Shown here: piece by piece, positions 26,537 through 36,609 of the stretch
Layout: the number at the start of each line of letters is the position of its first letter
Numbering within the stretch: the first letter of the stretch is position 1
Assembly: GCA_026023565.1 (NCBI GenBank)
Contig: JAPETS010000008.1
Coordinates: 62,001-126,000, forward strand
Reading direction: 5' to 3'
DNA: 64,000 bases
DNA from: Cirrosporium novae-zelandiae
Taxonomy: Eukaryota
The notes under the pieces: generated by a model
Seen by the model: only the letters and a program-made list of their open reading frames with translations
Database searches by the model: none
Told to the model about the DNA's origin: nothing
Translations under genes and position numbers: made by a program

Positions 26537-27459
26537 CGCAGCAACAACAGCAACAACAACAACAATCACAACAGCCACAGCACAATGAAGTTGAGGCCGA
26601 CCTAGCCATCTTCACAAATAGTGAATTTTTCGATTTTGACACCAATACTGTCATCAACCCTGTGCCGCAAGTTGACTATCGTCGTGCATCGCATCAAGAA
26701 GAGAACAAAGAGACCATCCCAAATGGTGACTTTATGAGTTTCTTGAATTGTAAGTAGTAATCCTGGTCGTTTATTGGATGGTTGTCACCTCGGTTCGGGT
26801 CCTCGAAACCTGTTTCAACTTCACGTTCAAACATTCATCAATACCATCACCTAACACAATCCATCCATATACTGATATCTTGATTTGTAGCTGGAAACGA
26901 CTACACCATTCCCGATTTTGCCGCTTTCATTGAGTCGCAAAACTCTACATCAGTAGTCGCACCACCACAAATGCATCAAGGCATTTCTACAACACTTTCA
27001 CCGGCTACATCATCAAACTTTCCCTCGCCCACTTCCGCGTCGCCTCCTGCATCTCATTCTCTCACCAACAAGCGCAAGCACTCTCCTTCGTCTCCCGCTA
27101 GTCTGGAGGAGGCCTCCCGTCTTGCTGCTGAAGAGGACAAGCGTCGTCGTAACACTGCCGCCTCTGCCAGATTCCGTATCAAGAAGAAGCAACGAGAACA
27201 AGCACTTGAGCGCACTGTTAAGGAAATGTCGGACAAGGCTACTGCATTGGAGAAGAAGGTCAACCTTCTTGAAATGGAAAATAAATGGCTCAAGGACCTG
27301 GTCATGGGGAAGGGGATTAACCTCAAAGGTGGTGAAAGCAATAAGGATTCCGATGGTTCAAAAAAGACTACTCCTGTGTCGCAAGAATCCAGTACTGGCG
27401 TCGCGAAAGATGGAGTTGGGACCGGAAAAGACGACACAGTCAAAACAGAAAAGGCGTGA
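26410..27459 (+). CDS. metR: bZIP sulfur-assimilation regulator MetR/Cys-3; intron 26750-26890
   Basis: N-terminal RRGPNVSQYINNLN, DLAIFTNSEFFDFD, and basic region RLAAEEDKRRRNTAASARFRIKKKQREQALE..LEMENKWLK, characteristic of MetR/Cys-3. Confidence 0.9.
26491..26580 (+). repeat. CAG/CAA trinucleotide tract encoding Q15-P-Q9-S-QQPQ
   Basis: Read directly from the sequence. Confidence 0.97.
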
Positions 27460-28508
27460 TATCTTAATATCATTCCAAATAAATAACGGATGGCTTTTTG
27501 ATGATTTTATTTTCTTTATTTGATTTGACAGACGTGTGGAAATGTTGCATGATTATAAATAGCCTATCAATCAGGGCGTGTTATGGTGCTGGTGTTTCCA
27601 TGGCTGCATATATGGGGTCGCCTCGCTGGCTGCTATATCATGATTTCCGCTATCGTCTTTCCTTAGGATTTGGTGAGATGGATTTCTTGAAGCGCCTTTA
27701 TCTACTGCATCAATGTTGAGTGTCGCTGCGCGTTATCTCTACAACATATACCATCAATTTCAAATCTAGGTCGGCGTTGTTGTCACTACTGTTTGCTACA
27801 CACCTACATATTTGGTATTTGACGGATTAAGTTTGCGATAATCGATCCCTGATAACAGAAGTAGCAAATGCCGAGTACTACTATGTACGCAGTAGTGGGG
27901 CCTACTCATTAACTACAGACCTGATGACTCCTTGCAGACAAATTTATGTTGAGCTACTGATAGACTAATAAAGAAGCCACAATTGCGTCAAAGCACGTGG
28001 ATTTAAGGAGAATCCCCATTCGGGTTTTGCGCTTTTTGCAAGAATCGGCTTCCGTAATCGCTCTTGGTCGATTCCTTCTTCCCTTCAACATCATTTCCCT
28101 AGAACTTGGATGCGTTAACAGTCTGGTTTTCAGGGTATTGAGCCTTGAAAATAGGAGGTCTGAGACGCAACGAGCCGATTTGAGTGGAGAACAGGCAGAT
28201 TCTGCCACTGTATTTGAAAGTAAATACCTCCATGTGGATTCCTTGTGAATTCTAGAAGTGCTGAGGATACTGTTCATACTGCACATTCGTCAATGTTCGT
28301 AAATGAATGTAGGTAAAGCAGCAGGATGACTTTAGTCTTTGTCAGTGGATCAAGCTGACGATGAGCTTTCCCGTGTTCAACCACCAAGCGTTCAACGCCA
28401 AACCCCTTCCCCCCATTCTAAACAATGCCAGAAACACCCATTTACGAGGCCCATACCATAACCTTCCCCCTACCCTCATTCATACACGTGCTAATCCTCT
28501 CATTTAAG

Positions 28509-29923
28509 ATGCCTAGCTGCTGTCAGTGAAGGTAGATAATAGATGTCCAGTTGACTGCCTTGAGCCTCCCTTCAAGTTGACCCTTTCCTCGGTACCCCAA
28601 TCCTCTAATCGAATACGTGTTCGTCAAGCAGCTTAAATCTACTTTAGCAGGATTCTACTGGTATGTGATACTTCCTATTAACCTGTATGATGTAGGATGA
28701 AGCTAATTGTTTACGTATAACAGTCTCTTCTATGTGCTACCATCCTAAGCTATTTGCGACAATCTCACCTTCACAAAATTATCCCGCCTACCTAGGTATT
28801 TATCAAACCGGATCCTCAGGCCTCACAAGCCCCCAAACCGTGTTTTTAAGCTACTTGGCCCCGAGTCATTGAATCCCATGACCCAACTAGACTACTGCAA
28901 TACCTCCCGCACAGAGACTCGAGCTCAGAAGTTCTTTGAGCCGAGCAGGTGTGGAAATCAGATTAACGATAGGCACAAAAGGAAAGGCGAAGAGTCGTGA
29001 GCTTTAGAGAAGTGGATATGCTTCCAAGAGAATGGAAAAAGAAACAAATCTTGGGTTAACCCAAAGTATCAACGGGAGAGCGCGGTCTTTGGACATTACA
29101 TATGCGATTGAGCTAGCTCAAGCAAAAATGAATCTTGCTTTTATAGACCTCTTGAAAGTAAGACGGGAGGTCGACGAAGCTGAATTTCAATTTCGGGGAT
29201 TCAGGCCACAGCTTTGGTATAGCACTCAGACTACTTTGGAGAAAGAAGCATATATTCATACCTTAAAAGCAAACATCTTCCGTCTACGGAGTATGAATGA
29301 TTACCTGGGGTCTGCCCTTATTTAAACCCGCGAAGAGAGAATCGTGGAAGTGGAAGAGGTTCTGGCAGTAGAGCAACGCCAGTTCTAAGAACACTTAAAA
29401 GACTCGGAGGAATTGAAAAACCTAATCGCTAAATTAGGCTAGGAGATCTTCCAAACGAACTACAGCTATGAACACGCTAAGATGGATGCTAAAACACGAA
29501 AACAAGACTACGTCGATATATACAGTGCATAACTGCATGCCGAAACACATCACAAAGGTGATAAATCATCAGGATACAAAATAGTCAATCAATAGCAAAC
29601 CAGAGTTTTTATTGTGGAGGCTCAGGCCAAAAGAAGCCTGCAAAAGGGTGGTTTTGGAATCGAAAGTAACGGTCAGACATGGGCGAGATTCGCAGCCACG
29701 AGATACAGTCCCCAGTTGGATGTTAATGACACTTGTACATCTCCAGATGACTTAAAGGTCAGTCCTAGGCATCAACACAAGCGTCTATCTCGTGTGTAGT
29801 AGGGTACACCAGACTTTAAGCCTTTACAGTAAGTTATGACAAACCAACCCGAATTTAACTTGACCTAAGGGCTCCTTTGTTCTTATCGCAAACGAAGTAG
29901 GTTTAGGTTTCCGAGTAAGAACT
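28509..29923 (+). pseudogene. Decayed coiled-coil protein gene with multiple in-frame stops (RIP-like); probable intron ~28661-28723
   Basis: One frame links ORFs 29032-29325 and 29614-29799 through stops TAG 29005, TAA 29323, TAA 29386, TAG 29440, TAA 29530, TAG 29593 and TAG 29797/29800, with protein-like sequence between them (TREERIVEVEEVLAVEQRQF*EHLKDSEELKNLIAKLG*EIFQ). The 5' and 3' limits are uncertain. Confidence 0.65.
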
Positions 29924-30524
29924 AACCCTGCTTATAGCACGCCGAATTTCTCTTTTGGTGTCACTAAATAGCCCAAGTATAATTTCCTAGAATATTGCTT
30001 TAATCACTATAATCCCTTGGTCTTTACCATGAGCTTCCTACCTGTGTAGATTGTAGTAGCATTATACTATCGAGCTCCTCGAATCTGATATTAGGAAAAA
30101 CAGGTTAAGGCTTGAAAGTGGTAATTTCCAATAACAGGGGGTAAGGAGCACCGCAAGATAAGTAATGCAGTCAACAAGGAAGTGTTCAGCCTTTTCTACG
30201 AGCTAGGATTAGAATGCTATCGCTTTTCTAGTGACGATTATATAAAAAGACCATTGGCTCTTATGTGGTGTGGTGTCTTTACTCAAGTACGGTGTAATAT
30301 CCAATAAGATGTAAGGTTTTGATAACATATGTTGATCGGTGTTTGGAATGACCTAAGCTTGCATGAAGTACCTGACTGAATCTGAGATTAGCCCTTTGGG
30401 TCTTCCTTCCTAGGACCATTAATTCCTTTCAGCTCTGTCTGGTATCTACCGTTCTCGAGTTCAAGTTTAATACCTTTAAAATCGACCATCGAGTTATTAA
30501 CTGCGTTGCCATTATCTATTTACG

Positions 30525-32671
30525 ATGGAGACAAAATTATGCAATTTTTGCGAGCAACTACCACCTATATCATATCTTCAAGATGGTGTATATGACCACC
30601 AACCCAGCCTTTGCGCCCTCAAAATTTCTGCTGATGGTTGTGCACTGTGCAATCTTTTCTGGCAAGCATTAATACGAAGCAATAACCAAGACGACATCCT
30701 TGCTCGACTGGATGGACATTCATCCAATCTTAACATTTCATCCACCGCAGATACCTATATTCAGGTACAAGCAGAATGTTACTTTCCTGGGTTCGTGACC
30801 AAAAAAGAGAATCCTGGAAAATTGGACGGTATTGTAATACTTGTCGGTGGGCAGGCAGGACTATGGGCACGTCTTGACTTGTATGCAACTAGAGGTTTGT
30901 AATGGCGAATGATTCTCTTCGAAGACTCCTAATACCATAAGACTGTGTACAAATAATACTGATTTTTTAAGGCGACCAAATTGCTCAGCAAGTCAAGGGT
31001 AGAGAGGTCAACCAAGATCCTTTTTCCGACCTCAATTTTAAAATTATTGATAGATGGTTACAGAGGTGTGTTGAGAATCACAAAATGTGCCTGCCACCAA
31101 TAGATGCAGCACTGCCAACGCGTGTGCTCAATGTTGGTCCCGAGGATGGGTCAAGGGAGCCACACCTCTGTGAGACCAACGACCTTGAAGAGAAGGGAAA
31201 GTATGTGACTCTCAGTTATTGTTGGGGGAAATCTCAACCTACAATACTGACAACGCAGTCATTAGAGGCAATGAAGAAAAATATTCAACTGTCTTCTTTG
31301 CCAAAAACACTTCAAGATGCTGTTATTACTACTCGAAGGTTGAGAATACGATACCTCTGGATTGATGCTCTCTGTATCATTCAAGATTCAGATGAGGACT
31401 GGCAGAAAGAGGCAGCTAATATGGGCCAGATCTATAAAAATAGTTTCCTTACCATCCAGGGTGCTGCGACTGTGGATTGCTCTGAAGGCTTTTTCACTAA
31501 GCGATCCCAACCAGCTGCTTCCCCTCTAAGACTTCGGTATAGTAGATTAGGTGATGAACCGATATCCTATATTTATGCAAGATTGCCAATCTCGATTGAG
31601 GCCGGGTCTGCAGATACACGTGCTTGGATATTCCAGGAAAGTATTCTGCCACGCCGTCTATTGGTGTACGGTCAAGCACAGATGTTCCTCAAGTGTCATT
31701 CAGGAGTTCGTTGGGAAGACGGATCTTATGTATCAGAGGTGTGGCAGCCGTTACCGAAAGGCCGGACTGGTCCGTCATTCTTCAAGCCTTTGAAAGAGCC
31801 TTCGTTATTCGACATGCGACTTAATTTACTTGAAAATTGGTACTTGGCTCTTGCGTTTACGTATACAGCTACCCTTCTCACTAAAGGTAGAGATCGCCTC
31901 CCTGCACTATCGGGTGTTGTCCAGGAAATGCAAAGCATCATCGGTGGAAGATACCTCGCTGGCGTTTGGGAAGCGGACTTAATAAAGGGCTTACTTTGGA
32001 AATGCCGTTACGCCGTCACAGTTGCTAGATATATGATTTCATCTGGGACGCACGGATTCTTAACAAAGGTTTCTACATATCGGGCCCCTTCATGGTCTTG
32101 GGCAGCTTATGAAGGAGCTATTTATTATGATTCTCGTTCAGAGAGAACCCTCGCTAAATATTCAAAGAAGGAACAGAGGGCTAAGGTTTTGGATATTTGG
32201 ACCATTCCAGCAGGGCTGAATCCCTTCGGCGAGGTCAAAGATGGCCAGTTACAAATCTCTGGTCCGCTTGGAGTAGCGACGACAATTGGATGTGATGACC
32301 ATCGTTATTTCAAATTGAAACGGAAAAGTAAGAGCTCCTTTCGACATATTGGTTTCTGCGTTCTACTCCCCGTTCATAAATCCGGTCTAGTTCAACCCAA
32401 AGCGCCAGAGGCATCATTAACTCCAGGTGATTCAAAGCATCAAGTTATCTCTAATGTAATAGTCGAAGAGCGATCGGTAGGTATGGCCGCATTCGATACC
32501 AAGGACGATAGGCCTACCATTGTCTGGTGCTTGTTGCTGATCAGCCACGAGGGTCTCCTGCTTGACTGTGTGGATGGTGATGGTCAGAAATTTAGAAGAG
32601 TAGGGTTTTTTGTCCTGCAGGATCCAGATTGGCTTGGCAGGAGTAATGAGACATCCATTACTATAATATGA
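30525..32671 (+). CDS. HET (heterokaryon incompatibility) domain protein; intron 30895-30971
   Basis: LCNFC..SADGCALCNL N-terminus, LPTRVLNVG, YVTLSYCWG, LPKTLQDAV..RLRIRYLWIDALCIIQD..DWQKEAANMGQIYKNSFLTI, RAWIFQE, DRLPALSGV, YRAPSWSWAA. Confidence 0.95.
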
Positions 32672-33069
32672 ATATTCTGGGGGGGCTCCTGGCTGTTTCA
32701 CACATTTACCCCAGATTGTGTTGACAAAGTATCCAGACTGCTCGAGTATATGAGGGGATGAGATTAAGATTGCCTTTGATAGATAAGCTTCTCTTGGCGT
32801 GTTTTTGAGCAAACGCGAACAAACGCGTCACAACATCTCCATCCTATCTTTGCTTTACTTATCAAATTCGTCCTCGTCGTCGCATCATTTAGTCTTGGTT
32901 AAAGTTGGTGATATTATGGCTTAGTTCTATTATTTTTATGACCTTTGGTCTCTTTTACCCAACCGTCATCTTACCTCAGCTGAGCAAAGAGATTGCGAAT
33001 TAGTTATGTTTGATAATTCCATATCATCAACATCACTTTAATGCGATACAACATTTACATAAGGAAAAT

Positions 33070-34416
33070 ATGGCCCCTAAAACCCCCACTACCCTTCGTC
33101 GGAGTCCGCGTTTGACCAATCGCACCCCCGATCAGAAGGTGGAGCCAAGCTCATCCATACGGCCAAGTGATGTAAAGACACAAAGAGCCGAAGTGAAGAG
33201 AATGATAATGCGACATGAGAGTGAAAATTTTGTAAGGAGGAAGAAGGTGAAGAGGATGGAGGAGGAGATGAAGGATGAGGAAGAGGGGAAACGGGAAGAA
33301 CCTGACATATCCGATGATACATCAAACAATGAAATGGAAGAAGACGAGAAAGAGCAGAAATACTTCCGTAATTTCATACTCCCTGTTAGGCTTGAAGGAT
33401 CCAATCAGAAGCCCCGTGTTAAACCTGAGGGAATTGATGAAAAATATTGTGCTCGCCCTCCCACAACACCACAATCTCAGCTGATAACTGCGACTAAGAG
33501 CCATAGCGAAATTGGTGAATCAAGCTCGCGGTCGAATGACCACTACACCAGGGACCGCGAACAGGATCGTATTCCATCTAGCCCGTCTTATAGGACTGAA
33601 GTTCTCAAGCCAAACAATATTTTCATCCATTACAACCTCGCAGAGATGCCAGAAAGTATCAAAAAACTCACAGATCATCTAAAGAACCTCCGTGGGCCGG
33701 AATATGTCATGTCGAACGAAGCAGCCGATAGGATCGTCGCCGTTGCTTGCAAAATTGCAGATGAACAAGCACAAAACATCAAGAATGCTCTGATATCACG
33801 CTTATTTCCTGATGAGTTTGAGCCTGACTATGATGACGTTCCCTTGAAACGCAACGATGGCCTCTGCTTTACCACCACAGCCATTCCTCAAGGTCCCCCA
33901 GGCTCGTCGGCGTTGGAAACCCCGGCCCCCGATTTGCTGTACGGATACTCCATCCATGCATTCTCAGCCCAAGAAGAACAAAATCAAAAAAGATTTGAAG
34001 AGGAAAGATTCGGAAAATTCGCCATGACATCCCGAAACCTCTACTTTGGCTTCTTCGGCATTAATTTCACCTCCCAGGTTGAGGGGGGTAGCATCTGGGC
34101 CACGGCAAACCAGTGTGCTGTTGCCGGGGCCACCTGCTCAAATGCGGTCTGGCAGTTCGTACAGACGACAGCAGCTTCTCCATCCAGGGACCAGCTGTGC
34201 GGTCGTTATTCAATGGCGATTGATGGCAGTACCGCTACGCTGTTCGTAAACTATACAGACGATTCGGGCAGACATCACTGCTACGAGCTGAAAAACTTCT
34301 TTCTTCGCCATCGGGAAGATATTAAAAGTTTGAAGCTCTATATTTCTAACATTATTTATTTTTACATGTATTATATATTGCCAAAGCTTAAGAGGCATTT
34401 AGCGGAGCTTTATTGA
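33070..34416 (+). CDS. DUF7924-like protein (putative PD-(D/E)xK-like fold) with a basic/acidic disordered N-terminus; intronless
   Basis: PAPDLLYGYSIHAF ... LYFGFFGINFTS..GGSIWATANQCAVAGA pattern resembles the fungal PxPDxxYG..F..FPFxxxExKS..AxNQ family; first true ATG is at 33070. Confidence 0.65.
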   Translation: MAPKTPTTLRRSPRLTNRTPDQKVEPSSSIRPSDVKTQRAEVKRMIMRHESENFVRRKKVKRMEEEMKDEEEGKREEPDISDDTSNNEMEEDEKEQKYFRNFILPVRLEGSNQKPRVKPEGIDEKYCARPPTTPQSQLITATKSHSEIGESSSRSNDHYTRDREQDRIPSSPSYRTEVLKPNNIFIHYNLAEMPESIKKLTDHLKNLRGPEYVMSNEAADRIVAVACKIADEQAQNIKNALISRLFPDEFEPDYDDVPLKRNDGLCFTTTAIPQGPPGSSALETPAPDLLYGYSIHAFSAQEEQNQKRFEEERFGKFAMTSRNLYFGFFGINFTSQVEGGSIWATANQCAVAGATCSNAVWQFVQTTAASPSRDQLCGRYSMAIDGSTATLFVNYTDDSGRHHCYELKNFFLRHREDIKSLKLYISNIIYFYMYYILPKLKRHLAELY

Positions 34417-34439
34417 AATTCAACTTCTTGTCTTTTTTC

Positions 34440-34841
34440 ATTTCTATTAGTCATATTCATAATAATAATAATAATAATCCACAAAAGCTTTCCTCTTCTT
34501 CCCAACTCTAAAACCCCATCCATCCATCCATCCCACCCCCTACATAGCATACCCCCAAAACTAAAATACCATTACCCCTACTCTATTAAATCACAATACT
34601 ATCTATTCCTCCATTCCTCTATCCATCCAAAACCCCCCCTATCCAGATACGAAAAAAAAAAAAAAATAACCCGTTTATTAATTACCAATCAATTTGTGAC
34701 AGATTCTAAAAACCAAACTAAACCAAACCAAACCAAACCAAACCACAAACCAATAATCTTGGATTCTTGGACTTTAAGTTATATAATATTTATAGTAAGT
34801 TATACACTTCCCTTTGAAAAAAATAAAACAAATCCCCTTCT

Positions 34842-34887
<46 letters not shown>

Positions 34888-35980
34888 CGACCTCAAAACT
34901 ATGCTAACAATCTTATATAAAAAATATTTTTCGTGTTGATGGATGGATGGGTGATGGGGATTTGATTGGTTTATGATTGTTGGTGGGTAGTGTGATTGAA
35001 CTGGCTCTACTACTACTACTACTACTACTACTACCACATGCTGTCTATTTAATACTTATGACTGTATGTATATACCTACTAACTTACTTACTATACCCCT
35101 AAGCGTCTGGTATTCTGGTATTGGTAGTCTGGAGTAGCTGTAGTAGATCGTGAGATTTCTTTACTTGTTTGTTTTGATGGATGGAGGGCGGGAGAGAGTA
35201 GGGAGAGGATGATGCGATTGAAGGGTGAAAGATGGAATTGGTGGTTTGAGGGAAAAAAAAGGGGATCTTTATATGGATGAGATGAGGTGAGGTGAGGTAA
35301 GATAAACTGAAAGTTCCGAGGTCAGCAAGATTGTGGATTAGAGAGATGAGATTGGGATTGGGATTGGGATGGCTAGTTTGTTATGATGAGAAATAATAAC
35401 AACAACAATAATGATAATAAGCCCCCCCCATCCTTGTCAATGTCATGGCCGGCATGGTCTGTCTGTCTTCTGTTTGAGTGAGTGGGTGGAGATCTAATGA
35501 GGGGTTGAATGAATGAGGGATATGAGATTGGGTGGTGGGAGAAATAGTGATAGGGAAGAAGAAGTAAGTAAGTAGGATGAGATGAGATGAGCTGGTTGTG
35601 GAGAGAGATGAGAAAGTGAAGGGATGGATGGTTTATCATCTTGAGATTGTAAGGGAATGAATGTATACGGATGGATGGAGGGAGGGAGGGAGAGAGGGGA
35701 GGGGATATTGACATATTTGCTACTCTAAGTAAGTAAGGGTGAGGAGGTGATCTGGAATAGAGATGCATTGATTACTTTGATTGGAAATAATACAGCTGAG
35801 GGAGGATAGATACATTTAGGATATGACAATGACTGTTTCCATTGTGGGCATGTAGGTAGGTAGACAGCTCCAGAGAGAAGCAAAGAGAAAAAAAAAAGTA
35901 ATAGTGTCTGTCGTCCCATCCAAAGATCGAACCCAAACCCCTAACTGAAATATATATATACCCCAACCAATCAAAAGTCA
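34440..35980. repeat. Low-complexity / microsatellite-rich tract: (AAT)n, (CCAT)n, A-run, (AACCA)n, C44, (CTA)9, (GAGAT)n, (GGGATT)n
   Basis: Read directly: C run 34843-34886, (CTA)9 35007-35033, AACCA repeats ~34710-34752; left half C/A-rich, right half G/A-rich. Confidence 0.9.
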
Positions 35981-36016
35981 AAAAAGTCAGTTGTTGTAGT
36001 CAACAACCGACTTTTT
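35981..36016. other. 16-bp inverted repeat (1 mismatch) with 4-nt loop
   Basis: AAAAAGTCAGTTGTTG-TAGT-CAACAACCGACTTTTT. Confidence 0.85.
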
Positions 36017-36339
36017 CAGGGGCAACCCAAGATCTAGATACGCTTCGCTAACCGGTGAGGTACTCGGCACCGACCCCTCGCCCATTTAGGGGGGGATAAG
36101 GCTTCCGCTCATTGGTCCAGTTTGGCTACTTTTTATTGGCTGTCCTGCGATCTTGAGGACCTGTTAGAGAAATTGGGCGGTATTGAGGTATATATACTTA
36201 CCCCTCCCCTAGGAAAGGGTAGGGCAGATGCCGTGGGCTGGGCTATCACTTACGGATTCTTCCTGGAGATGACTGAGCTGCCTGCTTGCCTGCCAACTCA
36301 CACTGGGGGCTTCACGTAGCCCAGAACTTGTATAACTCT

Positions 36340-36609
36340 TTCTTGTTGTTGTTGTAGTCGCTGTCGCTGCCTATGCCTCATCGTCACCACAACACATCAT
36401 ACCTACTATGGACCTATACAACATCACGTCGACGCTACCTTCTCACAATACTTGTTGTTGTTGTTCTTCACCTCCACCGTCGCTGAGGTCAATCTTCCAC
36501 AACACACGACACCTACTATGGCTTGCATAACATCACGTCGACGTTACTCTCTCACAATACTTGACGTTGTAGTTCATTTCCACCGCCGCTGAGATCAACT
36601 TCCCACAAC
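36340..36609 (+). repeat. Imperfect tandem repeat, about 2.5 copies of a 106-110 bp unit
   Basis: CCACAAC recurs at 36387, 36497 and 36603. The two full units share ACCTACTATGG, AACATCACGTCGACG, TCTCACAATACTTG and TCCACCGYCGCTGAG. Confidence 0.9.

Noticed and set aside
26791..26812. Hairpin in the metR intron (GGTTCG..CGAAACC)
   Set aside because: Only ~6 bp with a bulge; expected by chance.
27954..28286. 110-aa minus-strand ORF
   Set aside because: Non-ATG start, no recognisable motif or splice support; may be decayed sequence but cannot be called.
34696..35981. Poly-Pro, poly-Gly and poly-Val ORFs in the low-complexity tract
   Set aside because: Translation artefacts of homopolymers and microsatellites.
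36195..36260. ATACTTACC resembling the 5' end of U1 snRNA
   Set aside because: Continues CCCTCCCC rather than TGG, and no ATTGCAC loop or Sm site follows; equally explained as a minus-strand donor-like GGTAAGTAT.
36340..36609. Repeat units as a CRISPR-like array
   Set aside because: Eukaryotic context; whole ~110-nt units are duplicated, with no unique spacers and no cas genes.
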